Positions 1 through 8,884 of a stretch of DNA of 64,000 nucleotides are shown here, piece after piece. How positions within the stretch are numbered: the first letter of the stretch is position 1; the number at the start of each line of letters is the position of its first letter. The position numbers were made by a program, and so were the translations under genes. A model generated the notes under the pieces. The model ran no database searches. It saw only the letters and a program-made list of their open reading frames with translations, and was not told where the DNA came from. The stretch is from Candidatus Aenigmatarchaeota archaeon (GTDB lineage: Archaea; Aenigmatarchaeota; Aenigmatarchaeia; QMZP01): contig JACQII010000006.1 in assembly GCA_016198585.1 (NCBI GenBank), positions 34,296 to 98,295 of the forward strand, given 5' to 3'.

Positions 1-2
1 AG

Positions 3-131
3 ACGCCGACCGGGCAGGTCACGGTCGTGGAGTTCGTGGCCGACCGGGCTGGGGAATTTGTCTACTACTGCAGCATGCCGGGCCACCGGCAGAACGGCCA
101 CTGGGGCACGCTGACGGTCGTGGAAGCCTGA
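3..131 (+). CDS. C-terminal fragment of a cupredoxin-like (type-1 copper) protein, 5'-truncated by the window edge
   Basis: Frame-3 translation ...EFVYYCSMPGHRQNGHWGTLTVVEA* ends at TGA 129..131. The Y-C-x-x-P-G-H...G-x-L-T-V pattern resembles the C-terminal copper-ligand loop of plastocyanin/halocyanin/CuA-type cupredoxins. Confidence 0.45.
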   Translation, partial: TPTGQVTVVEFVADRAGEFVYYCSMPGHRQNGHWGTLTVVEA

Positions 132-166
132 TCGGGGTTTAAAAAACTTGTTCCCTATTCGTTCTC

Positions 167-1246
167 ATGCCTTCGGACTACCCGGCATTCTTCGACAAGA
201 TCGCCAGCGCAGCACTCACCCCTCATCCGGAGGACTTTGGAGCGCAGGACATCCCAGACACCCCATTGCACCGCTTCGTTGCCGAACACTGCGGACATGG
301 GGAGAATTGTGAAGTGTTGGAGACCAGGCCGGTCCTTGAAGAGGGAGCAGAGGTCGGCATGCACGCCTTATTCATGGCGGATTTTGACTCACCGCTGGAA
401 TCCGGCCAGCGGCTGTTCACGGTGTCCCGGACAGATCGGCCGGACGGGAGCGTTGAGGAGCACGCGGCAGTCCTGTCGGCGCGGGACGAGATTATCGGGG
501 CGTTGTCAGGGATGCTCGGCAGGCCGGCGGCGACACCGGGGAGACCGGCCATGCAGAAGGCGGTACGAGACTCCATCCAGCGAGAAAAGAGGAATTATGT
601 GTGGCAATATTCCGCAGACGCGACGCCTGATTTCGTGATCGGAGACCGCCAGCGCGAGGTGTGGGCAGTCGACGGGGCTGACCAGACGCAAGCCTATCTC
701 CTGGCAGAGAAGGAAGGGGTGAGCCCCCTGTACACGGTTGACCTGATCGCGGGGAGATTCCGCGGAGAACCCATCGGCGAAGAAGCATTGCCTGACTTTG
801 GAGCGGAATGGTCCCAGGAAGCGGTGTGGATGAACGCGGACGCCGAACCGCTCGAGTTCTCCAGCAAGAACGGGACCGTCCAGGTCCTGCGCAAGGGAAT
901 CCCCGTGAGGGAACGGCAGGCCGAAGTCTACCTCTTCATGGGAGCGCCTGAGGCGACTGACTACGTCATCTCCCAGCACTACCAGCGACTTCCGAGCGTC
1001 GCGCTGGGGCGACAGATGAGCCGACAGCTGCAACCGTATCTGGAACGCGGCGTCTCCGCGGTCGTGGACGCCGCCTCTGCGACGCCCGCCGTCCGGGAGA
1101 AGCTCATCGCGTTCGCGAGCCAGTACGGAGCGCGCGTCATCGGGGTCTACATCCCCGGCAGACCAGGAGACAAAGCAGAACCGCCGACGGCTAGGGAAGG
1201 GTTTTCCGAGCTGCGAACCGTCCTCGACTTCAGGCCCGGCATATAA
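167..1246 (+). CDS. hypothetical protein (359 aa)
   Basis: Long ORF with ATG start and unbiased composition; no motif recognised. Confidence 0.55.
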   Translation: MPSDYPAFFDKIASAALTPHPEDFGAQDIPDTPLHRFVAEHCGHGENCEVLETRPVLEEGAEVGMHALFMADFDSPLESGQRLFTVSRTDRPDGSVEEHAAVLSARDEIIGALSGMLGRPAATPGRPAMQKAVRDSIQREKRNYVWQYSADATPDFVIGDRQREVWAVDGADQTQAYLLAEKEGVSPLYTVDLIAGRFRGEPIGEEALPDFGAEWSQEAVWMNADAEPLEFSSKNGTVQVLRKGIPVRERQAEVYLFMGAPEATDYVISQHYQRLPSVALGRQMSRQLQPYLERGVSAVVDAASATPAVREKLIAFASQYGARVIGVYIPGRPGDKAEPPTAREGFSELRTVLDFRPGI

Positions 1247-1254
1247 GACGGACG

Positions 1255-2499
1255 TCAGACGGTGAAGCGGTCGCCGTTCGCTGGCGCGAAGGCGGGGAAT
1301 CCCAGGTCGGTGACCTCGCGCGCGAACTCCTGCGTCCAGGACCCGTGGCAGAAGATGGTCTTCTTCGGGCGGACCTTCCGGACGAAGTTCAGGATGCCCG
1401 TCCGCCCGGCATGAGCCGACCAGTCCCGGAAGCGGACGTCCAGCAGCGGCTTGACGTCGAGACCCTCATTGACGTAGCGGCCCGTGTCCATGAGAGTCCT
1501 CCCGACCGTCCCTTCGACCTGGTAACCGGAGATGTAGAGGGAGCAGTTCTCCCGCTTGTGGAGGCGCTTGATGTAGTGGGTGATCGGGCCGCCATTGAGC
1601 ATGCCGGCCGTGGTGATGATCACGCCGGGCGTGCCGAGGACCTTGAACCGCTCCTGGGGGTTGCGGACCTTCCGAGCCTTGCCGAAGGCCTTGCGGAGCC
1701 GCTTCGGATCCTTCACCGCCTCCGGATGGTTGGTGATGATCGACGTGGCCTTCATGCCCATGCCGTCGAGCAGGATCGGGACATCCAGGTCGGCGACGAT
1801 CTGGAGGAGTTCTTGGGTCCGCCCGATGGAGAAACACGGCATCAGGACGATGCCGTTATTGTGGACCACGTCGAGGACGTGGTTGACCAGCTCCTCACGG
1901 AGGACCTTGCGATCGGGGTGGTCGCCCTTCGTGTAGGTGGACTCGCAGATGAGCAGGTCGATGTCCTTGAGGTTGTCGTCGGCCCGGTGCATCAGCTCGG
2001 TCTCGGTGAAGTTGATGTCGCCGGTGTACAGGATGCGCTTGCCATCCATCTCGATCAGCGTCGCGGCCGACCCGGGGACGTGGCCCGCGTCGGTGAAGGT
2101 TGCCGTCGCCTGGCGGAAGTGGATGGGCTTCTTGAAGCCGGCCGCCTGGGAGTGGCGTTCGAGGGTGTCGATGTCGTGGGGGGAGAAGAAAGGCTGGATG
2201 GCGCGCTTGTCGTGGACCTTGAGCTCGTCGTCCAGCATCAGCCGCATCAGCTCGAAGGTCGCCGGCGTGCCGTAGGTCTTGCCGGCATAGCCGCGCTTGT
2301 AGAGCTCAGGGGCGATGCCGCAGTGGTCGAGGTGGGCGTGGGACATGAAGACGCCGTCCAGCTGCGCGGGCGGCTTCGCGGGCACGTCCAGGTCCTGGAC
2401 GCTGAGCCCGTAGTCCAGCAGGAAGCGCTGGCTGCCCTCGACTAGGATGGCCGACCGGCCAACCTCGCGGAACCCGCCCAACCCGGTGATCGTCACCAT
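1255..2499 (-). CDS. MBL-fold beta-CASP ribonuclease (aRNase J / aCPSF2-like)
   Basis: 414 aa; HxHxDH motif (MSHAHLDHCG) and later D/H motifs typical of metallo-beta-lactamase beta-CASP RNases. Confidence 0.75.
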   Translation of the reverse strand: MVTITGLGGFREVGRSAILVEGSQRFLLDYGLSVQDLDVPAKPPAQLDGVFMSHAHLDHCGIAPELYKRGYAGKTYGTPATFELMRLMLDDELKVHDKRAIQPFFSPHDIDTLERHSQAAGFKKPIHFRQATATFTDAGHVPGSAATLIEMDGKRILYTGDINFTETELMHRADDNLKDIDLLICESTYTKGDHPDRKVLREELVNHVLDVVHNNGIVLMPCFSIGRTQELLQIVADLDVPILLDGMGMKATSIITNHPEAVKDPKRLRKAFGKARKVRNPQERFKVLGTPGVIITTAGMLNGGPITHYIKRLHKRENCSLYISGYQVEGTVGRTLMDTGRYVNEGLDVKPLLDVRFRDWSAHAGRTGILNFVRKVRPKKTIFCHGSWTQEFAREVTDLGFPAFAPANGDRFTV

Positions 2500-2591
2500 A
2501 CCTGCTATACGCTACCCGCGCTTATAAGGCTGCGACGGGGCTGCATCCTCCCTTTCCAGCAGGAGGGGAACGATTCGGAAGCTGCGCCCGC

Positions 2592-2620
2592 TGATAACGC
2601 CGTTAAGCACATTTATTAGG
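2592..2620 (+). promoter_or_regulatory. palindromic motif TGATAACGCCGTTA plus TATA-like TTTATTA upstream of surface glycoprotein gene
   Basis: 14-nt exact match to 8827..8840. Arms TAACG/CGTTA are an inverted repeat. The ATG lies 27 nt downstream of the TATA centre. Confidence 0.5.
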
Positions 2621-2641
2621 GGTCCAGCATATACTAATAGA

Positions 2642-5600
2642 ATGGGTCTCGGGCGGAAGGGCACCATGGCCTGGGGCATGGTCCTCATCGCAGCCGCAGT
2701 CGTCGTGCTGGTCATGGTCACTACTGGGCCGCGCGAGGCCGCGGCCCAGGAAGGCCCATCGGCCAACTTCTCGTTCTGGGGGTACGTCAAGTACCCGAAC
2801 GGGACCTTCGTCGCCGGGGTGAACATCACCGTCGAGGCGATCAACTTCTCCGCGGCGGTGAACGGCCCGCCGCCGACCGCCCAGGTGATCAGCAACCTCT
2901 CGACCTCGACCGGCTTCTTCAACGTCTCCAACATCCTCGGCGGGCTCAACTACCAGGTCAAGATCAGGAAGTTCAACGGGACCAACGTGACCGTGAGCTG
3001 GATCGGGCCGACCCTGCCGCCGTTCCCGGACGTCTTCCTCAAGAACGACAGCTTCGGCATCGCCAACTCCACCTTCGTCCTCCAGCGCGCGGCGAACATG
3101 AACCTCAGCGTCATCAACGCCAGCGGCCAGCACCGCAACTTCACCTACCAGATCATCGACAAGAAGCTTGGCTTCCCGATCGAGACCCCGGAGTTCAACG
3201 AGAGCAAGTACGCGAACAGCAGCAAGGGCAAGATGGTCGCCGTGCCGTACAACCGCAACTACACGGTCGAGTTCTTCCCGTACCAGTCAGCGCCGCTCGA
3301 GGTCTCGGCTACCAACCTCTCTATCCAGAACACCAGCCCGGACTGCTTCAATGACGACAACTGTGACTACTTCCTGGGCATCCAGGTCAACACCAGCACC
3401 ACGCCGGTCTACGTCCACGGATTCATCAACACGACCGACTTCGGCCAGATGAACCGCTCGACGGCCAACTTCACCAACCTGAGCGTCGTCACCTACCTCG
3501 TCTTCGGCGGGGACAGCGTGATGAGCCAGGCCACCCTGCCCCCGAACATGGGCCAGTTCATCGTTCAGGTGATTGGCGGCGGCCCCAAGGACATCATCAA
3601 CGCGACCGGAACCAATGGTACCACCCCCGAAGGGGGCCCGTTCTACAACATCACCCTCCCCGGGACGACCACCGGCTTCGAAGTCCTGATGGTCTTCTAC
3701 GGCACGAGCCGCTCGGCCCAGAACATCAACGCCACCAACCTCTCCTATGTGGGCTTCCAGAACGTCACGGTCCGCGTCGGCCAGGGCAACATCGAGATCA
3801 ACCAGACCCTCCAGCGCCTCGCCGGAGCCGTGGGCGTGCAGACGTTCTCGGACACGACGATGCCGAGCATCGTGACCAACCTGACCACGATCAATCTCAC
3901 CAGTCCGGATTCCACCTCTGCAGTCGGCCAGGCCCATATGGAGGCCCGACTCACCTACACCATGATCAACACCAGCGCCTACACCCGGCAGTACCGCTGG
4001 TTCATCGAGACTGACCAGACCACCAGCACGGCCAAGATGCCGATCCCCAACACCACGACTGACCTCCGCTTCCAGATCTTCTCCCAGAACTTCGCGCCCA
4101 TCAAGAAGGACATCAGCAACGCCTTGCTCAATAGCAACGGCACGCTGAATATCAAACTCTACCAGATGGACATCAAGGACCCCGACCAAGGGGCCGGGAC
4201 TGGCGGCCTGAAGTCCAGCGTCCAGATGGTCTTCTACACGTCCTCATCGGCCTGTGATGTCCCTACGCCGCTAGCCAACTGCTCGCTGTCGAACTTCGGG
4301 TCGGCCCAGGAGTTCAACCCCATGAAGGCCATGCTCGGTGGGTCGGTGAGCCTGCGCATGACCCAGTCCACCGGCGTGACCGTCCACTACGTGAACGTCG
4401 ACCTCCTGGCGTCGGGCCCGCCCGACGCCTCGATGGACACGGACACCGACATCAACAAGACGTCCGGAACCGGCTTCGGCGAGATCTGGAAATTCGGCTC
4501 TTCCGGCCCGACAGTCTACGACTACGTCCTGATCGGCATCCCCTATACTGACGATCCTGGTGACCTGGAAGACGAAGCGACCGTGAACATCAGCATCCCC
4601 GTCTTCTATGATAACGACTGGGTCGTGATCTGGAACGCCTCGTCCAACGGGACCAACGCGTCGGCCCTCGCGGCCAACTTCACCGACTACTCCTCGAAGG
4701 CCACCGAATGGACGACCCTCATGAACAACAACACCTGCGCCACCACCCTCACCGTCCTCAATGCGACGCAGCCCTGCTTCATCAACACCAGCGAGAACAT
4801 GGTCTGGTTCCGCATCCCGCACTTCTCCGGCACCGGGCCGTCGATCACCGGCGCGACCGTGGAGACGCCGGCGACGCCGGCGCCGTCTTCCGGAAGCTCC
4901 AGCAGCTCTGGCGGTGGGGGCGGAGGCGGGTCCACCACGTCGACCGACCCCAAGGCCACCAAGATCTGGGGAATCATCAACCCGGCGACTGAGGCGACGT
5001 TCGAGATCACTAAGACCGAGATCGGGATCAGCGAGATCGCCTTCAGCGTGGCCAACCCCGCGCAGAACGTCCAGATCACGGTCCAGAAGCTTTCCGACAA
5101 GCCCGCAGCCCTCCCCGAGACCGGGACTTCGGTCTACCAGTACGTCGAGATCACCAAGACCAACCTCGAGGACAGCGCGCTCCTCGGCGCGGCCAAGATC
5201 CAGTTCAAGATCCCGAACAGCTGGCTCGCCGAGAACGGCATCGACAAGGCCGCCGTGGCGCTCCACCGCTACACCAGCCAATGGGACGCACTCCCGACTA
5301 CCCTGCTCTCCACTGACGTGAACTCCACGTCCTACCAGGCCACGACTCCCGGCTTCTCGACCTTTGCCATCGGCGGAACGCCTGCGGCTGCCCCGGTCGT
5401 TGAGTCGTGTGGTGACGGCACCTGCGACGCGGACGAGACGTTCGAAACCTGTCCGGCCGACTGCCCGGCCCCCGCGCCGGTGGCAACGTGCGTGGAAGGC
5501 GAGGTCTCCTGCCTCGGCGAGACCCCCCAGGACTGCACCGCCGGCCAGTGGGTGACACGCGAGCCCTGCACTGGCCTGGACTGCCCGGAGAACCCCTGCG

Positions 5601-5713
5601 CGGCCAGTCCTGAGACCGGCGCCGGGGAACAGATCAACCCGGTCTTCGTCGCCGTGATCGGCGTGATCATTGTCCTGGTCATCGCGGGCGTCTTCCTCTA
5701 CCGCCGCAAGTAA
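2642..5713 (+). CDS. large cell-surface glycoprotein, family A. Signal peptide, dozens of N-x-S/T sequons, Ser/Gly linker, PGF-pre-PGF-like domain, Cys-rich module, C-terminal NPVF-TM-RRK anchor
   Basis: 1023 aa. N-terminal hydrophobic signal (MAWGMVLIAAAVVVLVMV). Extreme density of NxT/NxS. SSSSGGGGGGGS linker. The ...VYQYVEI...TTPGFSTFAI block matches the PGF-pre-PGF domain pattern. CGDGTCDADETFETCPADC module. Ends ...NPVFVAVIGVIIVLVIAGVFLYRRK. TATA ATTTATTAGG about 27 nt upstream of the ATG. Confidence 0.8.
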   Translation: MGLGRKGTMAWGMVLIAAAVVVLVMVTTGPREAAAQEGPSANFSFWGYVKYPNGTFVAGVNITVEAINFSAAVNGPPPTAQVISNLSTSTGFFNVSNILGGLNYQVKIRKFNGTNVTVSWIGPTLPPFPDVFLKNDSFGIANSTFVLQRAANMNLSVINASGQHRNFTYQIIDKKLGFPIETPEFNESKYANSSKGKMVAVPYNRNYTVEFFPYQSAPLEVSATNLSIQNTSPDCFNDDNCDYFLGIQVNTSTTPVYVHGFINTTDFGQMNRSTANFTNLSVVTYLVFGGDSVMSQATLPPNMGQFIVQVIGGGPKDIINATGTNGTTPEGGPFYNITLPGTTTGFEVLMVFYGTSRSAQNINATNLSYVGFQNVTVRVGQGNIEINQTLQRLAGAVGVQTFSDTTMPSIVTNLTTINLTSPDSTSAVGQAHMEARLTYTMINTSAYTRQYRWFIETDQTTSTAKMPIPNTTTDLRFQIFSQNFAPIKKDISNALLNSNGTLNIKLYQMDIKDPDQGAGTGGLKSSVQMVFYTSSSACDVPTPLANCSLSNFGSAQEFNPMKAMLGGSVSLRMTQSTGVTVHYVNVDLLASGPPDASMDTDTDINKTSGTGFGEIWKFGSSGPTVYDYVLIGIPYTDDPGDLEDEATVNISIPVFYDNDWVVIWNASSNGTNASALAANFTDYSSKATEWTTLMNNNTCATTLTVLNATQPCFINTSENMVWFRIPHFSGTGPSITGATVETPATPAPSSGSSSSSGGGGGGGSTTSTDPKATKIWGIINPATEATFEITKTEIGISEIAFSVANPAQNVQITVQKLSDKPAALPETGTSVYQYVEITKTNLEDSALLGAAKIQFKIPNSWLAENGIDKAAVALHRYTSQWDALPTTLLSTDVNSTSYQATTPGFSTFAIGGTPAAAPVVESCGDGTCDADETFETCPADCPAPAPVATCVEGEVSCLGETPQDCTAGQWVTREPCTGLDCPENPCAASPETGAGEQINPVFVAVIGVIIVLVIAGVFLYRRK

Positions 5714-5753
5714 GGTCTCCCGGCCGCTGCTGGGAGCGCGCCGCAGCCTTTTT

Positions 5754-6101
5754 ATGTCACCGCGCGCAGTTCTTGCCATGAAGATCAACCCCAAGCAGAT
5801 CGAGCAGGCTATGAAGAAGATGGGCATCAAGACCGAGCAAGTCGACGCCGAAGAAGTGATCATCCGCTGCCCCGACAAGGAGATCGTCATCGCCAGCCCG
5901 CAGGTCTCGCGGGTGAACATGATGGGCCAGGACACCTTCCAAGTGGCCGGGGAAGTGAGCGAGCGCCGGCGCGGCCCTTCGCCTGAGGACGTGAAGATGG
6001 TGATGGAACAGGCCGGCGTCTCCGATGCAGAAGCCCGCAAGGCCCTGGAGGAGACCGGCGACATCGCCGAGAGCATCATGCGCCTCAGGAAGGAGCAATG
6101 A
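5754..6101 (+). CDS. nac: nascent polypeptide-associated complex alpha subunit (NAC domain + UBA)
   Basis: MKINPKQIEQAMKKMGIKTEQVDAEEV...IVIASP NAC domain and C-terminal UBA-like VSDAEARKALEETGDIAESIMRLR. The track ORF starts further upstream at an alternative start. An oligo-T terminator of the upstream gene lies at 5738..5748. Confidence 0.8.
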   Translation: MSPRAVLAMKINPKQIEQAMKKMGIKTEQVDAEEVIIRCPDKEIVIASPQVSRVNMMGQDTFQVAGEVSERRRGPSPEDVKMVMEQAGVSDAEARKALEETGDIAESIMRLRKEQ

Positions 6102-6631
6102 ACCGGATTTTGCAGATGCTGGTTCGGCCGGCCGCAGGGTTCGCGCGACCGGCCACGAACCGGGAAACGTGGACGACCCTGGCCGGCCTCGCGGTGATCA
6201 ACGCGGCCCTGAGCAGCGCCGTCACTGCCGTAGTCGGGGTGGCGGAACTGGTCGCGCTCTTCTTCCTGACCTCCCTCGTGGGCGGGCTCGTGGTAACCCT
6301 GATCCTGGTCGGCTGGGTCCACGGCTGGAACCTCCTCCTGGGCGGCCGCGGCCTCAGCCACACGTTCCGGGTGGTCGTCTTCGGCTCCACTCCTGGCCTG
6401 CTGCTCGGCTGGATCGCGGTCTTCCCGGGATTCGGGACGACGGCCAGGTTCCTGCTGATCATCTGGAGCTTCGGCCTCTTCGCCCTGGGATTGCAGCACC
6501 TCGGGAAGCGCCCGCCACACCGGGCATGGGCGACCGCGGCAACGAGCCTGGTCTCCGGCTACCTGGTGATGATGGCCTTCACCTACGTGGTGATCACCCG
6601 CGTCATCCCGATGATTTTTGCGCTGTCGTGA
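6098..6631 (+). CDS. polytopic membrane protein (Yip1-like?), hypothetical
   Basis: 177 aa, 4-5 predicted TM helices. Start overlaps the NAC stop (ATGA). Confidence 0.5.
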   Translation: MNRILQMLVRPAAGFARPATNRETWTTLAGLAVINAALSSAVTAVVGVAELVALFFLTSLVGGLVVTLILVGWVHGWNLLLGGRGLSHTFRVVVFGSTPGLLLGWIAVFPGFGTTARFLLIIWSFGLFALGLQHLGKRPPHRAWATAATSLVSGYLVMMAFTYVVITRVIPMIFALS

Positions 6632-6655
6632 TGTCGGGCGGCCAGGGAAACGGTC

Positions 6656-8140
6656 TCAATGCAGCGGTTTCCCGAGCGTTCCCAGGTCGCCGCCGTCGAG
6701 GAAGCGGCGCAGCGCGTCCGGGAGGCGGGCGATCGGCACGCGCACCTGCTGCATTGAGTCCCGGTCGCGGAGCGTCACGTCCTGGTGCTTCAGGGTGTCG
6801 TAGTCGATCGTGACGCAGGCGGGCCCGCCGATCTCGTCCATGCGCCGGTACATCCGCCCGATGCTGCCAGTCGAGTCGTAGAACGTGCTGAACCCGGCCT
6901 GCTCGAGCGCGGCCTGGACCTCGCGCGCTTTCTCCGGCAGGCCGTCCTTCCGGACGAGGGGGAAGATGGCCGCGTCGAACGGCGAGAGCCGTCGGGGGAA
7001 GGCCAGAACCGCGCGGTCCTGCTCCTCGCGGGCGCACAGGTCGAGGAGGGCGTAGATGTTCCGGTCTACGCCCATGCTGATCTCGAGGATGTGGGGGATG
7101 AACTTCCTGCCTTCCCCGACCTCCATGGACTGACCGGAGACCTGCTGGTGGCGGGAGAGGTCATAGTCCGTCCGGTAGTGCAGGCCACCAACCTCCTTCC
7201 AGCCGATTCCCAGCTGCAGCTCGATGTCCCAGTGGAAGCGGTTGTAAAAGGCCTTCTCCTCCCCGGCAAGCTCCTTGAGGCGGAACTTCTCGGGCGGGAG
7301 CCCCAGGGTCTGCAGGAAGAACTCCTGGATCCGGGCCAGGTAGTAGACATAGAACGGAGGCAGGCCGAGCGACGCGACCGCGTCCTGCGCAGTGGTCTCC
7401 TGGACCGCGTGCCGGTGCGCGGCCGGGAGGAGGCGGAGCCTGGCAGTCTCGACGTCCGCGAAGCGGGGATGGGCCGTGATGGTCTCCGGGTCGAAGAAGA
7501 TCTGCAGCTCTGCCTGGGTGAACTCCCGCATCCGGACCAGGGCGTTGCGGGGTGCGATCTCATTCCTGAACGCTTTCCCCACGACCGCCAGTCCCATCGG
7601 CAGCCGCTTCCGCAGGACCTCGAACATCTGCTTGAAGTTGACGTACGCCCCCTGGGCCGTTTCCGGGGTCAGGTAGGCGGTCCGCGCGTCCTTCCCGGTC
7701 CCGGCGGTCACGGGGAAGGTCATGTTCACCAGGGCGACCTCCTCCAGCTGGCCGTGGCAGAGCTCGCAGGTGATCTTGTGCTTCCGGATGAGCGCGTCCA
7801 TTTCCTTCGGCGGGAGGCCCTCGAAGCTCTCCTTGAGGATGCTCTCGAGGATGTGGTCGGCCCGCATCGCGTGGCCACACTTCCTGCACTTCACGATCGG
7901 GTCCACGAAGTGCTCGAGGTGGCCGGACGCCCGGAAGACCTGCTCAGGCATGAGCACGGCCGGGGAGATCTCGTAGAAGGTCTCGCCCAGGCCGAGGAAG
8001 AACCGCCGCCAGGCAGCCTCCCACTTCCGCTTCAGCATCGTGCCCACGTGGCCATAGTCGTAGAATCCGCTGATCGGCCCGTGGATCGCTGAGGATTGCC
8101 AGAAGAAACCCCGGCGCTTTGCGAGCTCGAGCACGTCCAT
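6656..8140 (-). CDS. glyS: glycyl-tRNA synthetase, archaeal/eukaryal class II type
   Basis: Begins MDVLELAKRRGFFWQSSAIHGPISGFYDYGHVG, the canonical archaeal GlyRS N-terminus, followed by class-II motifs and a C-terminal anticodon-binding domain. The track ORF extends 143 codons further upstream through Arg/Ser-rich sequence that is unlikely to be coding. Confidence 0.85.
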   Translation of the reverse strand: MDVLELAKRRGFFWQSSAIHGPISGFYDYGHVGTMLKRKWEAAWRRFFLGLGETFYEISPAVLMPEQVFRASGHLEHFVDPIVKCRKCGHAMRADHILESILKESFEGLPPKEMDALIRKHKITCELCHGQLEEVALVNMTFPVTAGTGKDARTAYLTPETAQGAYVNFKQMFEVLRKRLPMGLAVVGKAFRNEIAPRNALVRMREFTQAELQIFFDPETITAHPRFADVETARLRLLPAAHRHAVQETTAQDAVASLGLPPFYVYYLARIQEFFLQTLGLPPEKFRLKELAGEEKAFYNRFHWDIELQLGIGWKEVGGLHYRTDYDLSRHQQVSGQSMEVGEGRKFIPHILEISMGVDRNIYALLDLCAREEQDRAVLAFPRRLSPFDAAIFPLVRKDGLPEKAREVQAALEQAGFSTFYDSTGSIGRMYRRMDEIGGPACVTIDYDTLKHQDVTLRDRDSMQQVRVPIARLPDALRRFLDGGDLGTLGKPLH

Positions 8141-8165
8141 AAATATTCCCGTAGCAATATACACT

Positions 8166-8822
8166 ATGCGCCCGCGCGTTTTAAAAGTCGATCTGCATCT
8201 CCACTCCTCCCACTCCCCGGATTCCCGGGTCGCGCCCCGCGACCTGGTCGCGGAGGCCAAGCGCCGCGGCCTGCACGCCATCGCGATCACCGACCACGGG
8301 ACGACCGCCGGCGCGCTCGAGGCCCGGAAGGCCGCGAAAGGCTTCCAGGTCCTGATCGGCCAGGAGGTCCGGACCCGCGACGGGGAGGTCATCGTCCTCG
8401 GCCTCGAGGACGACCTGATGCAGGGCCAGGACCTCGCCAAGACCTGCCGCGAAGCCCGCGACCGAGGTGGCCTGGTGATCATCCCGCATCCCTTCGACCC
8501 CCTGCGGCAGGGCGTCGGCAAGCACCTGGGGAACGCGGTCCCGTACGTGGACGCGATCGAGGTCTGCAACCCCCGCTGCTTCTTCGAGCGGTCGAACCGG
8601 AAGGCTGCCGAAGCTGCGCTGGCCCACGGGCTCCCGGGCGTCGCCTCGAGCGACGCCCACCGGAGGGAAGATGTGGGCCGGGCCTATACCCTCGTCCACG
8701 GCACGGACGTCCTCGAGGCCATCCGCCAGGGCAAGGTCCAGGCCGTGGCCGGCCAGGTGGGGAAGCGGGCGCTCCTCACCCGGAAGCTGGCGAAGGCGCC
8801 TCGACCGAAGGGTCGCAGGTAA
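8166..8822 (+). CDS. PHP-domain metal-dependent phosphoesterase
   Basis: VDLHLHSSHSPDS...ITDHGT...IPHPFD...SSDAH polymerase/histidinol-phosphatase (PHP) motifs. Confidence 0.75.
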   Translation: MRPRVLKVDLHLHSSHSPDSRVAPRDLVAEAKRRGLHAIAITDHGTTAGALEARKAAKGFQVLIGQEVRTRDGEVIVLGLEDDLMQGQDLAKTCREARDRGGLVIIPHPFDPLRQGVGKHLGNAVPYVDAIEVCNPRCFFERSNRKAAEAALAHGLPGVASSDAHRREDVGRAYTLVHGTDVLEAIRQGKVQAVAGQVGKRALLTRKLAKAPRPKGRR

Positions 8823-8826
8823 GCAG

Positions 8827-8856
8827 TGATAACGCCGTTATATAGCTATTTAAGCG
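8827..8856 (+). promoter_or_regulatory. palindromic motif TGATAACGCCGTTA abutting TATA TTATATAGCTATTTAAG upstream of the GT2 gene
   Basis: Same 14-mer as at 2592..2605. Confidence 0.5.
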
Positions 8857-8884
8857 GGTGAAGAAAACTAGGGTACAGGTGCCT

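Noticed and set aside
4905-4935. GGTGGGGGCGGAGGCGGG-type runs (also near 18230..18270 and 58080..58110) looked like simple-sequence repeats
   Set aside because: They are in-frame poly-Gly/Ser linker codons of the surface proteins, not non-coding microsatellites.
4271-6520. 749-aa ORF on the minus strand antisense to the surface glycoprotein and NAC genes. Similar long antisense ORFs occur at 1345..2445, 3287..4189, 6785..8092, 10760..11638, 36426..39200 (924 aa), 40866..42419, 42459..43448, 45309..46199, 46356..47411, 57398..58252, 58697..59428, 60510..61481 and 61936..62805.
   Set aside because: They are the expected stop-codon-poor antisense frames of a 65% GC genome. Their products are Arg/Gly/Asp/Pro/Ala-rich with no motifs, whereas the opposite strand encodes clearly recognisable conserved proteins with proper promoters.
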